Of a stretch of DNA of 64,000 nt, positions 45,957 through 55,223 are shown in pieces (position 1 is the first letter of the stretch; every line of letters starts with the position of its first letter). The notes under the pieces were generated by a model. The model ran no database searches and was not told the DNA's origin. It saw nothing but the letters and a program-made list of their open reading frames with translations. The stretch comes from Candidatus Thorarchaeota archaeon SMTZ1-45 (GTDB lineage: Archaea > Asgardarchaeota > Thorarchaeia > Thorarchaeales > Thorarchaeaceae): positions 1-64,000 of the forward strand of contig LRSL01000013.1 in NCBI GenBank assembly GCA_001563335.1, in the 5' to 3' direction. Made by a program: the position numbers and the translations under genes.

Positions 45957-48386
45957 TTGAGCCGCAGTAAAAAGTCATCGAAAAAGGAAACGAAGAAGGA
46001 TAAACTAGCTGTCTTTCTATGTCGCTGTGGTTCTAATATTGCCGATACAATTGATATCGACTCATTAAGGGAAAAATACGAAACCCAAGGAATTCCCCTT
46101 GTTGACGTTGACGACCACCTTTGTTCTGAACAAGGCGTCTATGATTTAATTGAGAAAATTAAGAAGAGTAGAGCCAAACGTGTTGTTATTGCTGGATGTT
46201 CACCGCTTCTCCACAGAGAGCTATTTGCAGATGCAGTGAAAGAGGCTGGAATTGACCCTGGTCATTTACACATGGCAAACATTCGTGAGCAGTGTAGTTG
46301 GGTTCACTACGACGATCCAGAAGCAGCAACGAAAAAAGCCGCTGCAATAATTGACACTGGGATTGCTGAGGTTCGTGATGCTAACCCAATCCCAACCCAA
46401 GGACTTCCAATGACACAACGAGTTATGATAGTTGGAGGTGGGGTTGCTGGAATTACAAGTGCACTTGAGCTTGCTGATGCAGGTATAGATACTGTGATTG
46501 TTGAACGTGAAGGTTTTCTTGGCGGCCATATGGCAAAGTGGGACAAACTTTTCCCAACATTCGACTGTAGTATTTGTATACTAGGACCAATGATGGCAAG
46601 AATGGCGCGTCATCCTAATATTAGAATCATGACTCTGACTGAAGTGACTGATGTACGCGGCAACGTTGGTCGATATCGAGTTACTGTGAAGCAGAAGCCT
46701 CGATATGTGGACATAGAAACCTGTACAGGATGCAACAGATGCCTTGAAGTTTGTCCCGTTGAAGTTGCTGATGAGTATAACAATGGTCTTGGAAAACGAA
46801 AGGCTATGGTTCGACCATCAATCGATGCAGTGCCAATTGCTCCATACATAGACCCCAACAACTGCATTGGATGCCAGTCATGTTCTGGGGTATGTGAACC
46901 AAAATCTCTCCGATATGATGAGCTCGAGCAGACTGAGGTCATTGAGGTGGGAGCTGTTATTCTTGCTACAGGCTTTCAACCATTTGATCCCACTATCGTG
47001 GAAGAATTTGGTTATGGTCAGATTCCAGACGTCATAACATCACTTGAGCTTGAACGATTAGTCAATCCTGAAGGTCCAAGCGGGGGAAAACTTGTACGTC
47101 CCTCAAATGGAAAACCTCCTCGAAATATTGTATTTGTGCCATGCGTTGGAAGTCGGTCACACAGATTCAATCGTCCATATTGCAGTAGAGTCTGCTGCAC
47201 TGCTGCGGTTAAAGAAGTGATGCAGGTTAAACAACAATTGCCTGATTGTGAGGCTTATGTCTTTTATACAGACATGCGTGTGTTTGGTAAAGGCCAAGAG
47301 GAACTGTATGTTCGAGCTGCCGATGAATACAAGATTAATTTCATCCGAGGAACCATAGAAGTTGTCCATGACCCAATTTCAGGTACGGTTTCAGTTCGAG
47401 CTGAGGACACTCTTGTGAGAAAAATGCTTGAGTTTGAAACCGACTTGATTGTCCTAATGATTGGTATGGATGCTGAACCAAGCAATATAGAACTCTCAAG
47501 AATGTTCAAAACACCTCTGGATGAGAATGGATTCTTTCTTGAACAACATCCCAAACTTGGTCCCAGTACAACTGCCTCAAAAGGAGTTTTTCTTGCTGGA
47601 GTTTCTCAAGGTCCAAAGGACATTGCGGATACAGTAGCACATGCAGGTTTAGCTGCTTCCAAGGTGAAAACACTGCTTACTTCTGGCGATATAATTACTG
47701 AAGCATGTATCCCCTCCTTTAACCAAGATCTTTGTATTAGTTGTAGATTATGTGAACAGATCTGTACACCCAAAGCAATCAAGTTCAGCGACGAGAATAT
47801 ACCTGAAGTTGATCTTGCTGCATGTCGTGGTTGTGGGGCTTGTGCTGCGGCATGTCCTTCTGGCGCACTTGACTTACCCTGCTTATCGAATGAACAACTC
47901 GAGAATGCGACAAAGGCAGCAATTGAGTTCAACCCCCTTAAACCTGCAATCGTGGGATATCTCTGTCGTTGGTGTGCTTACATTGCAGCTGACAGAGCTG
48001 GAACTGCTCGTATGAAATATCCGCCCAACGTAATTCCTATACAAGTACCTTGCACAGGTCGAATCAATGTTGATACCCTTCTCACTGCGTTTGCTGAAGG
48101 TGCTGATGGTGTTACAGTCATGGGATGTCACATTCAAGACTGTCATTACAGATCAGGTGCTCGTTATGCAAAGGATAGGACTGATAATATGCGAGAAATA
48201 CTTGAGGTTGCAGGTATTGATCGGCGTAGATTGTATTTTGGTAGTGCGTCTGCATCAGAAGCAGATAGTTTTGCAGAACAAATAACTCAGTTCGTTAATG
48301 ATATTGTCAAACTAGGTCCACTTGGAAAGGAATCGCCTCGTAATTTGATTGGAAAACAAGATGTAGAAGGAGTTCCTGGGAGGTGA
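45957..48386 (+). CDS. hdrA: Heterodisulfide reductase subunit A fused to a C-terminal MvhD domain
   Basis: VFLCRCGSNI; NIREQCSWVH; VGGGVAG; LFPTFDCSIC; CVGSR..YCSRVCC; QGPKDI; MvhD: CRWCAYIAAD..G..R..YP, VPCTGRI, GCHIQDCHY. Confidence 0.93.
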   Translation: MSRSKKSSKKETKKDKLAVFLCRCGSNIADTIDIDSLREKYETQGIPLVDVDDHLCSEQGVYDLIEKIKKSRAKRVVIAGCSPLLHRELFADAVKEAGIDPGHLHMANIREQCSWVHYDDPEAATKKAAAIIDTGIAEVRDANPIPTQGLPMTQRVMIVGGGVAGITSALELADAGIDTVIVEREGFLGGHMAKWDKLFPTFDCSICILGPMMARMARHPNIRIMTLTEVTDVRGNVGRYRVTVKQKPRYVDIETCTGCNRCLEVCPVEVADEYNNGLGKRKAMVRPSIDAVPIAPYIDPNNCIGCQSCSGVCEPKSLRYDELEQTEVIEVGAVILATGFQPFDPTIVEEFGYGQIPDVITSLELERLVNPEGPSGGKLVRPSNGKPPRNIVFVPCVGSRSHRFNRPYCSRVCCTAAVKEVMQVKQQLPDCEAYVFYTDMRVFGKGQEELYVRAADEYKINFIRGTIEVVHDPISGTVSVRAEDTLVRKMLEFETDLIVLMIGMDAEPSNIELSRMFKTPLDENGFFLEQHPKLGPSTTASKGVFLAGVSQGPKDIADTVAHAGLAASKVKTLLTSGDIITEACIPSFNQDLCISCRLCEQICTPKAIKFSDENIPEVDLAACRGCGACAAACPSGALDLPCLSNEQLENATKAAIEFNPLKPAIVGYLCRWCAYIAADRAGTARMKYPPNVIPIQVPCTGRINVDTLLTAFAEGADGVTVMGCHIQDCHYRSGARYAKDRTDNMREILEVAGIDRRRLYFGSASASEADSFAEQITQFVNDIVKLGPLGKESPRNLIGKQDVEGVPGR

Positions 48387-48390
48387 TTAT

Positions 48391-49743
48391 ATGGACAAAT
48401 CTCGTGTTCTGATTGGTGAGAAGCCTGTCATCTCAATGGATGTAGTTGATGGCAAGATTCGACTGACATGGGAAACCTCACTTCTCAAAAGAACACTTGA
48501 TCATAACATCTCAAAGTGTGTCGGCTGTAGCCTATGCTTGCCATGTCCTTGGGAGGCAATCACCCTTGGTCCAATACAAGAAACTGCATCAGGTCGCATT
48601 GAGGGTGCGCCATTGGTAAATGTAGACCCAGATGTCTGTACCTTCTGCGGTTTGTGTGACTCCTCTTGCATTTTTGGAGCATTTGAAGCAAAGTATGAAG
48701 GTGACAGTGCAGTCAATGAGTTCATTCGGATTGAAGGAACACACGAGATTGATGAGGAAAAATGTGCTCCCTGTTTATTATGCGCCAAGATTTGTCCCAC
48801 AGACTCTCTTGAAGTAGAGGTCAAGGTTGATCGAAAAGAGAGTCTTGTGACCTACAAAGGTGAAGAACATGCTGAAGGTACAATAAAAGTAGATGAGGAT
48901 AAGTGTTCGTATTGTGGTCTCTGCGAGCTTTTGTGTCCTGAAGCTATCAAGATTTTCTGGTCTGACGAAGTAAAACCTCCTGACTTCAGACCAGCGGTTG
49001 GAATTAGAGTCGATGAGGATCACTGCGATTATTGTGGTCTTTGTCAAGATATCTGTCCTGATGATGCGATTGAGGTAAAATGCACCGAGTCGAGCACTCG
49101 AGAGATAAAGCAACCAACCATAACTGGAAAGTTGACACATAACGATGAAACCTGCTTGAAATGTGGACTGTGTGCAATTGTCTGCCCATATGAGGCATTG
49201 AAGGTTGAAAAACCATTCACAGGGGAAGTCAAAATTCCTCAACTTGAGAAATGTGATCCAACAGGATGCAATAACTGCTTCAATATATGTCCAGTAGATG
49301 CAATCTACCCTACCGGCACAGCAGATAAGATTGCCATACTTGACCATTGTGTTTACTGTGGAGCTTGCGAACATTCCTGTCCCTATGATGTTCTTGATGT
49401 GCAGCGAGAGGGATACAAGCTAGATGAGCTCGAGCGAGAAAGAGAATGGGAACGTGCACGTAGGCTCTTCTTTGATGCAGTCATAGGTAAAGATCCACCA
49501 CCAAGTGGTCTCTTTGAGAGAGATATTTCTGTAAAACCTATTCAGAGACTTCAGGTTAAGACATCATCCCGAAAAGATTGGGAATCTGAAGATGGTGAAC
49601 GAAATAGAGCTATGTTGTCTGCAAAGCGAGTTAAAGAATTACTGAAAGATGATCCTCGTCTACATCTACAGCTTGAACGGGGTAACACTGAGAAAGTTGT
49701 TGAAAGGATTAGGAACTCTCAAGAAGTGACTCAAGAGGAGTGA
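48391..49743 (+). CDS. FwdF-like polyferredoxin
   Basis: About 8 CxxCxxCxxxCP-type motifs; CPWEAITLGP; CDPTGCNNC; CVYCGACEHSCP. Confidence 0.85.
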   Translation: MDKSRVLIGEKPVISMDVVDGKIRLTWETSLLKRTLDHNISKCVGCSLCLPCPWEAITLGPIQETASGRIEGAPLVNVDPDVCTFCGLCDSSCIFGAFEAKYEGDSAVNEFIRIEGTHEIDEEKCAPCLLCAKICPTDSLEVEVKVDRKESLVTYKGEEHAEGTIKVDEDKCSYCGLCELLCPEAIKIFWSDEVKPPDFRPAVGIRVDEDHCDYCGLCQDICPDDAIEVKCTESSTREIKQPTITGKLTHNDETCLKCGLCAIVCPYEALKVEKPFTGEVKIPQLEKCDPTGCNNCFNICPVDAIYPTGTADKIAILDHCVYCGACEHSCPYDVLDVQREGYKLDELEREREWERARRLFFDAVIGKDPPPSGLFERDISVKPIQRLQVKTSSRKDWESEDGERNRAMLSAKRVKELLKDDPRLHLQLERGNTEKVVERIRNSQEVTQEE

Positions 49744-50107
49744 CTTCATCTTCAGTTCTAGTTACTGTTAAAGAAACTCCATGAAATTGTGGTGGTGAAT
49801 CATCAACTGGAATCGAAACGAGTGCAAGAGCCCAGGGACCATATGGGATGACTGCTAATCCCTCAGTGACTTTCTCATCACTATAAGCAGCTAGAACAAT
49901 ATGTCCTGCTTTAGATTTGATACTCGCATGACCTCCATCCTTAAGACCCAATCTCTGTAGATCGACCTTGTTCAATCTCACTCTAGCTGCACTGGTGAGG
50001 AACTCATTTGAGAGGATATTTCTAGCAGACTCTACATCCGCTTCAAAGGAGTGAGCAATGACTAGCTTCAGCTCAACATGTGGGAATAGAAAATCACCTA
50101 ATGCCAT
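49709..50107 (-). CDS. FwdD-like double-psi-barrel protein, degenerate (start refined to 50107)
   Basis: AARVRLNKVDLQRLGLKDG...S.AG...IPYGPWAL...PQFHGV; lacks the canonical TGRT..QG. Confidence 0.7.
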   Translation of the reverse strand: MALGDFLFPHVELKLVIAHSFEADVESARNILSNEFLTSAARVRLNKVDLQRLGLKDGGHASIKSKAGHIVLAAYSDEKVTEGLAVIPYGPWALALVSIPVDDSPPQFHGVSLTVTRTEDEVTPLESLLESS

Positions 50108-50241
50108 ATCTAAGTCATCCGAGCTATCGTGTATTTTATGATGCATATTATGTTTCTGTTATCACGATTTATCTATTGAGCCGCAATCAGCACGCTTTTT
50201 TAACATATGAGCGTTGGATTTCTAATTCACAGGTGGTTTCA

Positions 50242-51024
50242 GTGCGAATCGGAACGATATATGGCGATGTGTTTGCGGAACGAGTCATTGGAAATCTGAT
50301 CAATTTCAAGACATTCTGTGAGGGTTGCGAGCCTGTTTGTGCTGAGTGCAGGAGTGGCTATGGTTCGTTTGTTGGTGATATTGTAAGCATTCACCCCACT
50401 GATCCTCCCTCTCCAACTATGATTGAAAATCCTGAAGAGTTCATTAAGAACCTAAATCTAACTCCCTGCGATCTTCTCCTGATTGTAGCAATCCATCATG
50501 ATCTCCTAGCAGCTGTCGATTTGTTGGTTGAAGCCACTGGTGCAAAGGCGGTCTTAGTACCAATAGAAGATCCCACTTGGGTGCCACCTGGTTTAAGAGC
50601 GCAAGTGAAAGAAACTCTGGACAATATAGGTATTGAATCAGCTTTTCCCAAACCATTCTGTACACTTGAACTTGGAGAAGGGAAGCTAATCGATGAATTC
50701 ATCCAGACCTATAAAATCGGAAGTCCAATTCACTATGTAGACATGAATGACGATGTAATTGCTGAAATTGGTCCAGTAAGGTCCGCCCCATGCGGTTGCA
50801 CTTGGTATGTAAGTCAAAAAATCAGAGGGAAATCAATATCTGATACTGATGCACTATTTGATGAGATTGCGAAAGCACACCACTCATATCCGTGTACTGC
50901 ATCAATGGCAAAGGATAGAGAGATTGGAGATGCTCTCCTTCATATTGCTGGATACAATGCACGCTATGCAGTCTGTAATGCGACTGGGATTAAGGATTGC
51001 AAGTTCTCCACCGACAAAAACTGA
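50242..51024 (+). CDS. DUF166 family protein (start refined to GTG 50242)
   Basis: ERVIGNL; C..C...C..CR; IENPEEF; HHDL; FPKPFCTL; VRSAPCGCTWYV; HHSYPCTASM; LHIAG. Confidence 0.75.
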   Translation: MRIGTIYGDVFAERVIGNLINFKTFCEGCEPVCAECRSGYGSFVGDIVSIHPTDPPSPTMIENPEEFIKNLNLTPCDLLLIVAIHHDLLAAVDLLVEATGAKAVLVPIEDPTWVPPGLRAQVKETLDNIGIESAFPKPFCTLELGEGKLIDEFIQTYKIGSPIHYVDMNDDVIAEIGPVRSAPCGCTWYVSQKIRGKSISDTDALFDEIAKAHHSYPCTASMAKDREIGDALLHIAGYNARYAVCNATGIKDCKFSTDKN

Positions 51025-51034
51025 GTGATGATAA

Positions 51035-51676
51035 ATGCCAGACGAGATATACGATTATTGGATGGTCGTAGCAAAGGACCTTGCTGTGAGATTTAATATC
51101 GACCAGTTTGATACGAGCTCTGCTATGTGGAGTTGGGACAATTTCTCTGAGGACATTCAATCTCTGAGGAGTAGGTTAGGACTAGGTGACATGAATGCCG
51201 AGATTCTTGGATTGAGATTAGATTTTGAAACTGGTGAGGTTTATGATGTGCTAGTGGACAAACCTTCACACAGTAGTCGTTTAATACCATACCTGTTCTA
51301 TTACAGTAAAGCAAAGGATGAGGGGATAAGTGGCGAGTGGGTCAAGTTCAATACACTTCGTGGATCTTGGGCATGTAGATACTCATTCGATGAAGAAGAT
51401 GTGGGCAAACTAATCACAGTCTTCAATGAGAATCAGGATGCAATGTTTGCTGCCATTGAGAAATTGGGTGGAAAGCGAGTCGATTTTGGAAACGCTGCGT
51501 TTGAGGTATCATTCCTTCCATATGTGAAGGTGCTCTTGATTTTCGAGGAGGCTGATGAAGAATTCCCTGCAGATGTTAGGTTACTCTATGATTCAAACTC
51601 AGTCTTCTATCTACCACATGAATTACTAGGAACTATCAGTTGGTTTCTCGCGGAACGAGTTATGAAAGCCATCTAA
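51035..51676 (+). CDS. DUF3786 family protein
   Basis: YLFYY....ISGEWVKF..L.G; LP.V...LIFEEADEEFPA...LLYD. Confidence 0.8.
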   Translation: MPDEIYDYWMVVAKDLAVRFNIDQFDTSSAMWSWDNFSEDIQSLRSRLGLGDMNAEILGLRLDFETGEVYDVLVDKPSHSSRLIPYLFYYSKAKDEGISGEWVKFNTLRGSWACRYSFDEEDVGKLITVFNENQDAMFAAIEKLGGKRVDFGNAAFEVSFLPYVKVLLIFEEADEEFPADVRLLYDSNSVFYLPHELLGTISWFLAERVMKAI

Positions 51677-51790
51677 GAATCTGCAAAAAGTGCATTTTAC
51701 ATCACATATCCGTTCGAAAACGAAAAACGAAGTTCCAAATTCGCCCTAGGGCTTTTAAGGCGGATGTTTTTCAGTATTGCTTGCAAAGTA

Positions 51791-51839
51791 AACCAGATTT
51801 GTGTTCCTGTTAGTCATTTTTCAGACACATAATCTGGTT
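51791..51839. promoter_or_regulatory. Long inverted repeat in the leader of the Gfo/Idh/MocA gene
   Basis: aaccagatt-tgtgt (51791-51804) pairs with acacataatctggtt (51825-51839), with one bulge. Confidence 0.5.
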
Positions 51840-51870
51840 AACATGAAAAGTTACAAAGGCGAGGAACAAA

Positions 51871-52929
51871 ATGACTGAAAAAGTTTTGAAGACCGTCTGT
51901 GCTGGAGTAGGTTTTGTTGGCGGTGCAGCTCATGTTCCATCATTCCGTAAGGTACCTAACTCTCAATTATATGGCCTACTAGCCAGGAAGGGTAGGGACA
52001 GTGAGAAGTATGCTTTGAAATTGAAGGAAAAGATGGCGAAGAAAGATAATTTCGACATCAAGATCTACTACGATTGGAGTGATGTCTGTAAAGACCCTGA
52101 AGTTGATGCTGTATGTGTTGCTACACCTACACCATTCCACTATCCAATGGGCAAAGAAGCACTTGAAGGTGGTAAACATGTCTACTTGGAAATGCCAATA
52201 GCTCCAAAACTCAAGGAAGCCGAAGAACTGGGTAAACTTGCGGAGAAGAAGGGCGTGGTCCTCATGCCTATCCTGAATTTCAGACGTTGTCCTGGTTATT
52301 TGAAGGCAAAGGAACTCCTTGATTCTGGTGCGATTGGAAAACCGATTGCTATCACATTTAGAGAGTTTATTGCCGCAGAGGATTTAGCGGACCAGTGGCC
52401 TCTAAGTGGATGGGCTTGGGACATTGAAAAGGCTGGAGGGTATCCAGATTACACGTTATCAGTATGGAGTCTTGATATGCTTCAGTGGTTCTTTGGCAGT
52501 CCTCTCGAAAACGTCCAGTGGACTGCAAACTACAAACCCATAGAAGGGATTAATGATTTCAAAGGTTACCAAACTGTGGGAATAATGAAGTTTGCCAATG
52601 GCGTAGTTGGTACAACAATGCTTGGATCAACTGTAGCAAAAGGTCTAGATCTCAGCAGGTTTGAGATTTTTGGAAACAATGGCAAAACCATTCTTGTTGA
52701 TTGGATTCCAAGTAAAAACCGAGAGGTCTTTGATGTAACCCTCTTTGGTAAGGATGATGATAAAGAGAATTGGCAGGTTGAAGGACCGGGTCCACAAATT
52801 TGGGGACACAAACAAATGATCTCTCACTTCGTCCAAGCGTGTCTTGGTAACGAGAAACCCGAGTGTGGCTACAAAGATGCAATTGCAGCACAAAAGTGGG
52901 CAGATAAGATTGTAAGCAATCTTATGTAA
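51871..52929 (+). CDS. Gfo/Idh/MocA family oxidoreductase (atypical active-site motifs)
   Basis: AGVGFVG; VDAVCVATPTPFH; GKHVYLEMPIA; G.IGKP. Confidence 0.85.
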   Translation: MTEKVLKTVCAGVGFVGGAAHVPSFRKVPNSQLYGLLARKGRDSEKYALKLKEKMAKKDNFDIKIYYDWSDVCKDPEVDAVCVATPTPFHYPMGKEALEGGKHVYLEMPIAPKLKEAEELGKLAEKKGVVLMPILNFRRCPGYLKAKELLDSGAIGKPIAITFREFIAAEDLADQWPLSGWAWDIEKAGGYPDYTLSVWSLDMLQWFFGSPLENVQWTANYKPIEGINDFKGYQTVGIMKFANGVVGTTMLGSTVAKGLDLSRFEIFGNNGKTILVDWIPSKNREVFDVTLFGKDDDKENWQVEGPGPQIWGHKQMISHFVQACLGNEKPECGYKDAIAAQKWADKIVSNLM

Positions 52930-52946
52930 CGAGGTCTATCTAATAT

Positions 52947-52978
52947 AGAGGGGGATTTCCCCTCTTATCCTATTTTTT
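52947..52978 (+). terminator. GC stem-loop plus T tract, nearly identical to the tfb hairpin
   Basis: agagggg-gattt-cccctct then tatcctatttttt. Confidence 0.6.
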
Positions 52979-52994
52979 CATTGGTATACTGGCT

Positions 52995-53975
52995 CTACTT
53001 CCAAATATGGATAGAAACCTTTTCGTCTTCAATTTTCAAATATGAACCACGTGTGCTCAGCCAACATCCCGCATCAGCAACCATTGTTTCCTGACTAATA
53101 TATGGTGTATGACCATGACCACTAATCAGGAACTCGTCATCCTTTAGATCCACTGTAAGTGAGGCCGCCTTTCGCTTTATTTGATTCGCCTCATTTGCTA
53201 GGCGAGGTGGCAAGGATGTTCTATTCGGATATGGATCGATATTTCGAAGCATTTGTTCCCAGTCTGTGTTGAACTTCTCTATCTCGCTTAACAACCTTGA
53301 ACTTCTATGAGCAACATCTTCAATATCACTTACTTCTTTGAGCAACTCCCATTCATATTGTAGCCCTTTCTTTTCCTCTTTCATACTTCCATCAAGAGGT
53401 CCAGCGAGCTCCTTTTCAATAGCTATCTGAGTTTCGTGACTAATATTTCTCACTTTATTTCTCGTCTTCTCTGGTAGGGTTTCAGCAAAACGATAGATTA
53501 TATTCCATACATCTGAAAGGTCTTGATCACCACTGTCCACAAGACACATAGCTTGACTAAAGACCTCGTAGAAACTTAATGCAGACCAATAGTCGATTTG
53601 ATGACCATGAATGAATCTTAGTTTAAGTCCATCGCTCTGAATCTCTAGGGTTTCTGAAACCTTATCTAATACTCCTGTGGAGCTCTCAGGAACTAAAGAA
53701 GAGTTCTGATTCAGTATGCTGAGAATTGCATAGTCATGATTTCCTACCAAGTAATTCTTCGTCATATCTAGTCCACTAAGCTCTGTGAGAACATCTAAAT
53801 TCTGTTGCAAAACGTGTGAGTTTGTATATCTCCACAAATCCAGAATATCTCCAAGCAAAACAATACGAGAAATATCACTCTGATTAGGTTCCAGGAATTG
53901 GTGGATAAATTCATAGAATCCCGATTTATTTGCCATTTGACTTCCCAAATGCAGGTCAGCTAAAACGATAATCAT
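52995..53975 (-). CDS. Calcineurin-like metallophosphoesterase (LpxH-like) with a helical insertion; start refined to 53975
   Basis: DLHLG; GDILD; GNHD; HGH; GHGH; DAGCW. Confidence 0.85.
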   Translation of the reverse strand: MIIVLADLHLGSQMANKSGFYEFIHQFLEPNQSDISRIVLLGDILDLWRYTNSHVLQQNLDVLTELSGLDMTKNYLVGNHDYAILSILNQNSSLVPESSTGVLDKVSETLEIQSDGLKLRFIHGHQIDYWSALSFYEVFSQAMCLVDSGDQDLSDVWNIIYRFAETLPEKTRNKVRNISHETQIAIEKELAGPLDGSMKEEKKGLQYEWELLKEVSDIEDVAHRSSRLLSEIEKFNTDWEQMLRNIDPYPNRTSLPPRLANEANQIKRKAASLTVDLKDDEFLISGHGHTPYISQETMVADAGCWLSTRGSYLKIEDEKVSIHIWK

Positions 53976-53985
53976 GCTATCTTCC

Positions 53986-54420
53986 TCAATGATTATGTGG
54001 ATGATTTTCATCTTCTCCCTCAGGCAAGAAGAAGGTGAAGAGTCTTACATACTCGATTCCTTTCAGCCCTGAAATCTTGTTTGCTAGATCTTCAATTGGT
54101 TCTTTCTTTCCTCTCAGTGTGATCACTTCCAAACAATGACTTTTCGAAACATGGACGTGAACAGTGGAAACTACATTAGCATGTCCATCATGTTGTACTC
54201 TCATGAGTTCCGCCATCAACTTTGGTTTATGTTGATAGACTATGTTCAAACTAGCCATGGTGCCCTCTTGATTTTCCTCCCATTCAGTTTGCGAAATAAA
54301 CTCCCGCATTGCATCTCTGATTGCTTCCGATCTACCAACATATTTCTTCTTCTCAACCAGCTTGTCAAACTTCTCCAACAAATCCTCTGGAACTGATACA
54401 CCAAATCGCTTGAGTGCCAT
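53986..54420 (-). CDS. nikR: Nickel-responsive regulator NikR (start refined to 54420)
   Basis: RFGVSVPEDLLEKFD...RSEAIRDAMR (RHH); QH; STVHVHVSKSHCLEV. Confidence 0.93.
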   Translation of the reverse strand: MALKRFGVSVPEDLLEKFDKLVEKKKYVGRSEAIRDAMREFISQTEWEENQEGTMASLNIVYQHKPKLMAELMRVQHDGHANVVSTVHVHVSKSHCLEVITLRGKKEPIEDLANKISGLKGIEYVRLFTFFLPEGEDENHPHNH

Positions 54421-54468
54421 AACACGAATCACCCATAATAGTAACACGATTTCACTAGAAGTAACACA
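54420..54468. promoter_or_regulatory. Candidate NikR half-sites (GTAACAC repeats about 20 bp apart) in the nikR/nikM divergent promoter
   Basis: taacacga (54420), gtaacacga (54441), gtaacaca (54461); inverted gtgttac at 54534-54540. Confidence 0.45.
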
Positions 54469-54515
54469 CTTAAGTAAATATGTTTGCATCTTTGAAGTGG
54501 AAAGGTGCGAGAAAA

Positions 54516-55223
54516 ATGCATGTTCCTGATGGTGTGTTACCATTTTGGGTCTATATCCTCTTCATAGCCATTAGTCTTCCAATGCTTGGATTTGCAATTC
54601 GTAATGTCAACAAGCGGTTTGATGATAGATTAACTCCCTATATGGGAGTATTAGCAGCAGTAATATTCGCCGCGCAATTTGTAAACTTCCCAGTCCCTCC
54701 CTCAAGTGGGCATCTTGTGGGCACGACGCTTCTTGCTGTGTTGCTTGGACCATGGGCTGCAATGGTGATAATGGCATTAGTTCTGTTTGTCCAAGCTCTA
54801 TATGGTGATGGAGGATTACTTGCATTTGGTCTCAATTTCTTCAATATGGGCATCTTGGGTGCCATCTTTGGATGGGGGATTGCAATGGTCATTTTCAAAG
54901 GACTAGCCAGATTTCAAGATGAGAAAATATCTGTTCTTGTTGCGACTTCAATTTCTGCATTCATTACAACAGTAGCGACAGCTTTTGTGTTGGGTCTTGA
55001 ATTACTTGCAATTCCTGGATTGAGTTTTGATTTTGTGTATATCATTACTGGTATTCACGGACTCATAGCTGTCGGTGAGGCTATCCTTACATTTGTGATA
55101 CTCCTTTACTTTGTCAAAGCATCACCAAAGATGATTTCCTTCCTAAAAGGCAGTGATACTGGTAAGGCTCTCAGAAGATCAAAAAAGTTAGAAATTGAAC
55201 CAACACTCGAGGAGGGAATTTGA
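54516..55223 (+). CDS. nikM: Ni/Co ECF transporter S component NikM/CbiM (start refined to MHVPDG)
   Basis: N-terminal MHVPDG; FAAQFVNFP; SGHLVG; QALYGDGG; HGLIAVGEA. Confidence 0.9.
   Translation: MHVPDGVLPFWVYILFIAISLPMLGFAIRNVNKRFDDRLTPYMGVLAAVIFAAQFVNFPVPPSSGHLVGTTLLAVLLGPWAAMVIMALVLFVQALYGDGGLLAFGLNFFNMGILGAIFGWGIAMVIFKGLARFQDEKISVLVATSISAFITTVATAFVLGLELLAIPGLSFDFVYIITGIHGLIAVGEAILTFVILLYFVKASPKMISFLKGSDTGKALRRSKKLEIEPTLEEGI

Noticed and set aside
48778-49374. 198-aa antisense ORF in the polyferredoxin gene, and similar ones at 43436-43897 and 61565-62074
   Set aside because: They lie fully antisense to well-supported genes, have no motifs, and are typical codon-bias shadows.
44170-49743. 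Selenocysteine recoding in FwdB, HdrA or MvhD
   Set aside because: The ORFs are uninterrupted with no in-frame TGA; Cys or non-ligand residues occupy the relevant positions.
51714-51764. cgaaaa repeats and a weak cgcc/ggcg hairpin
   Set aside because: Short, low-complexity and imperfect; not distinguishable from chance.
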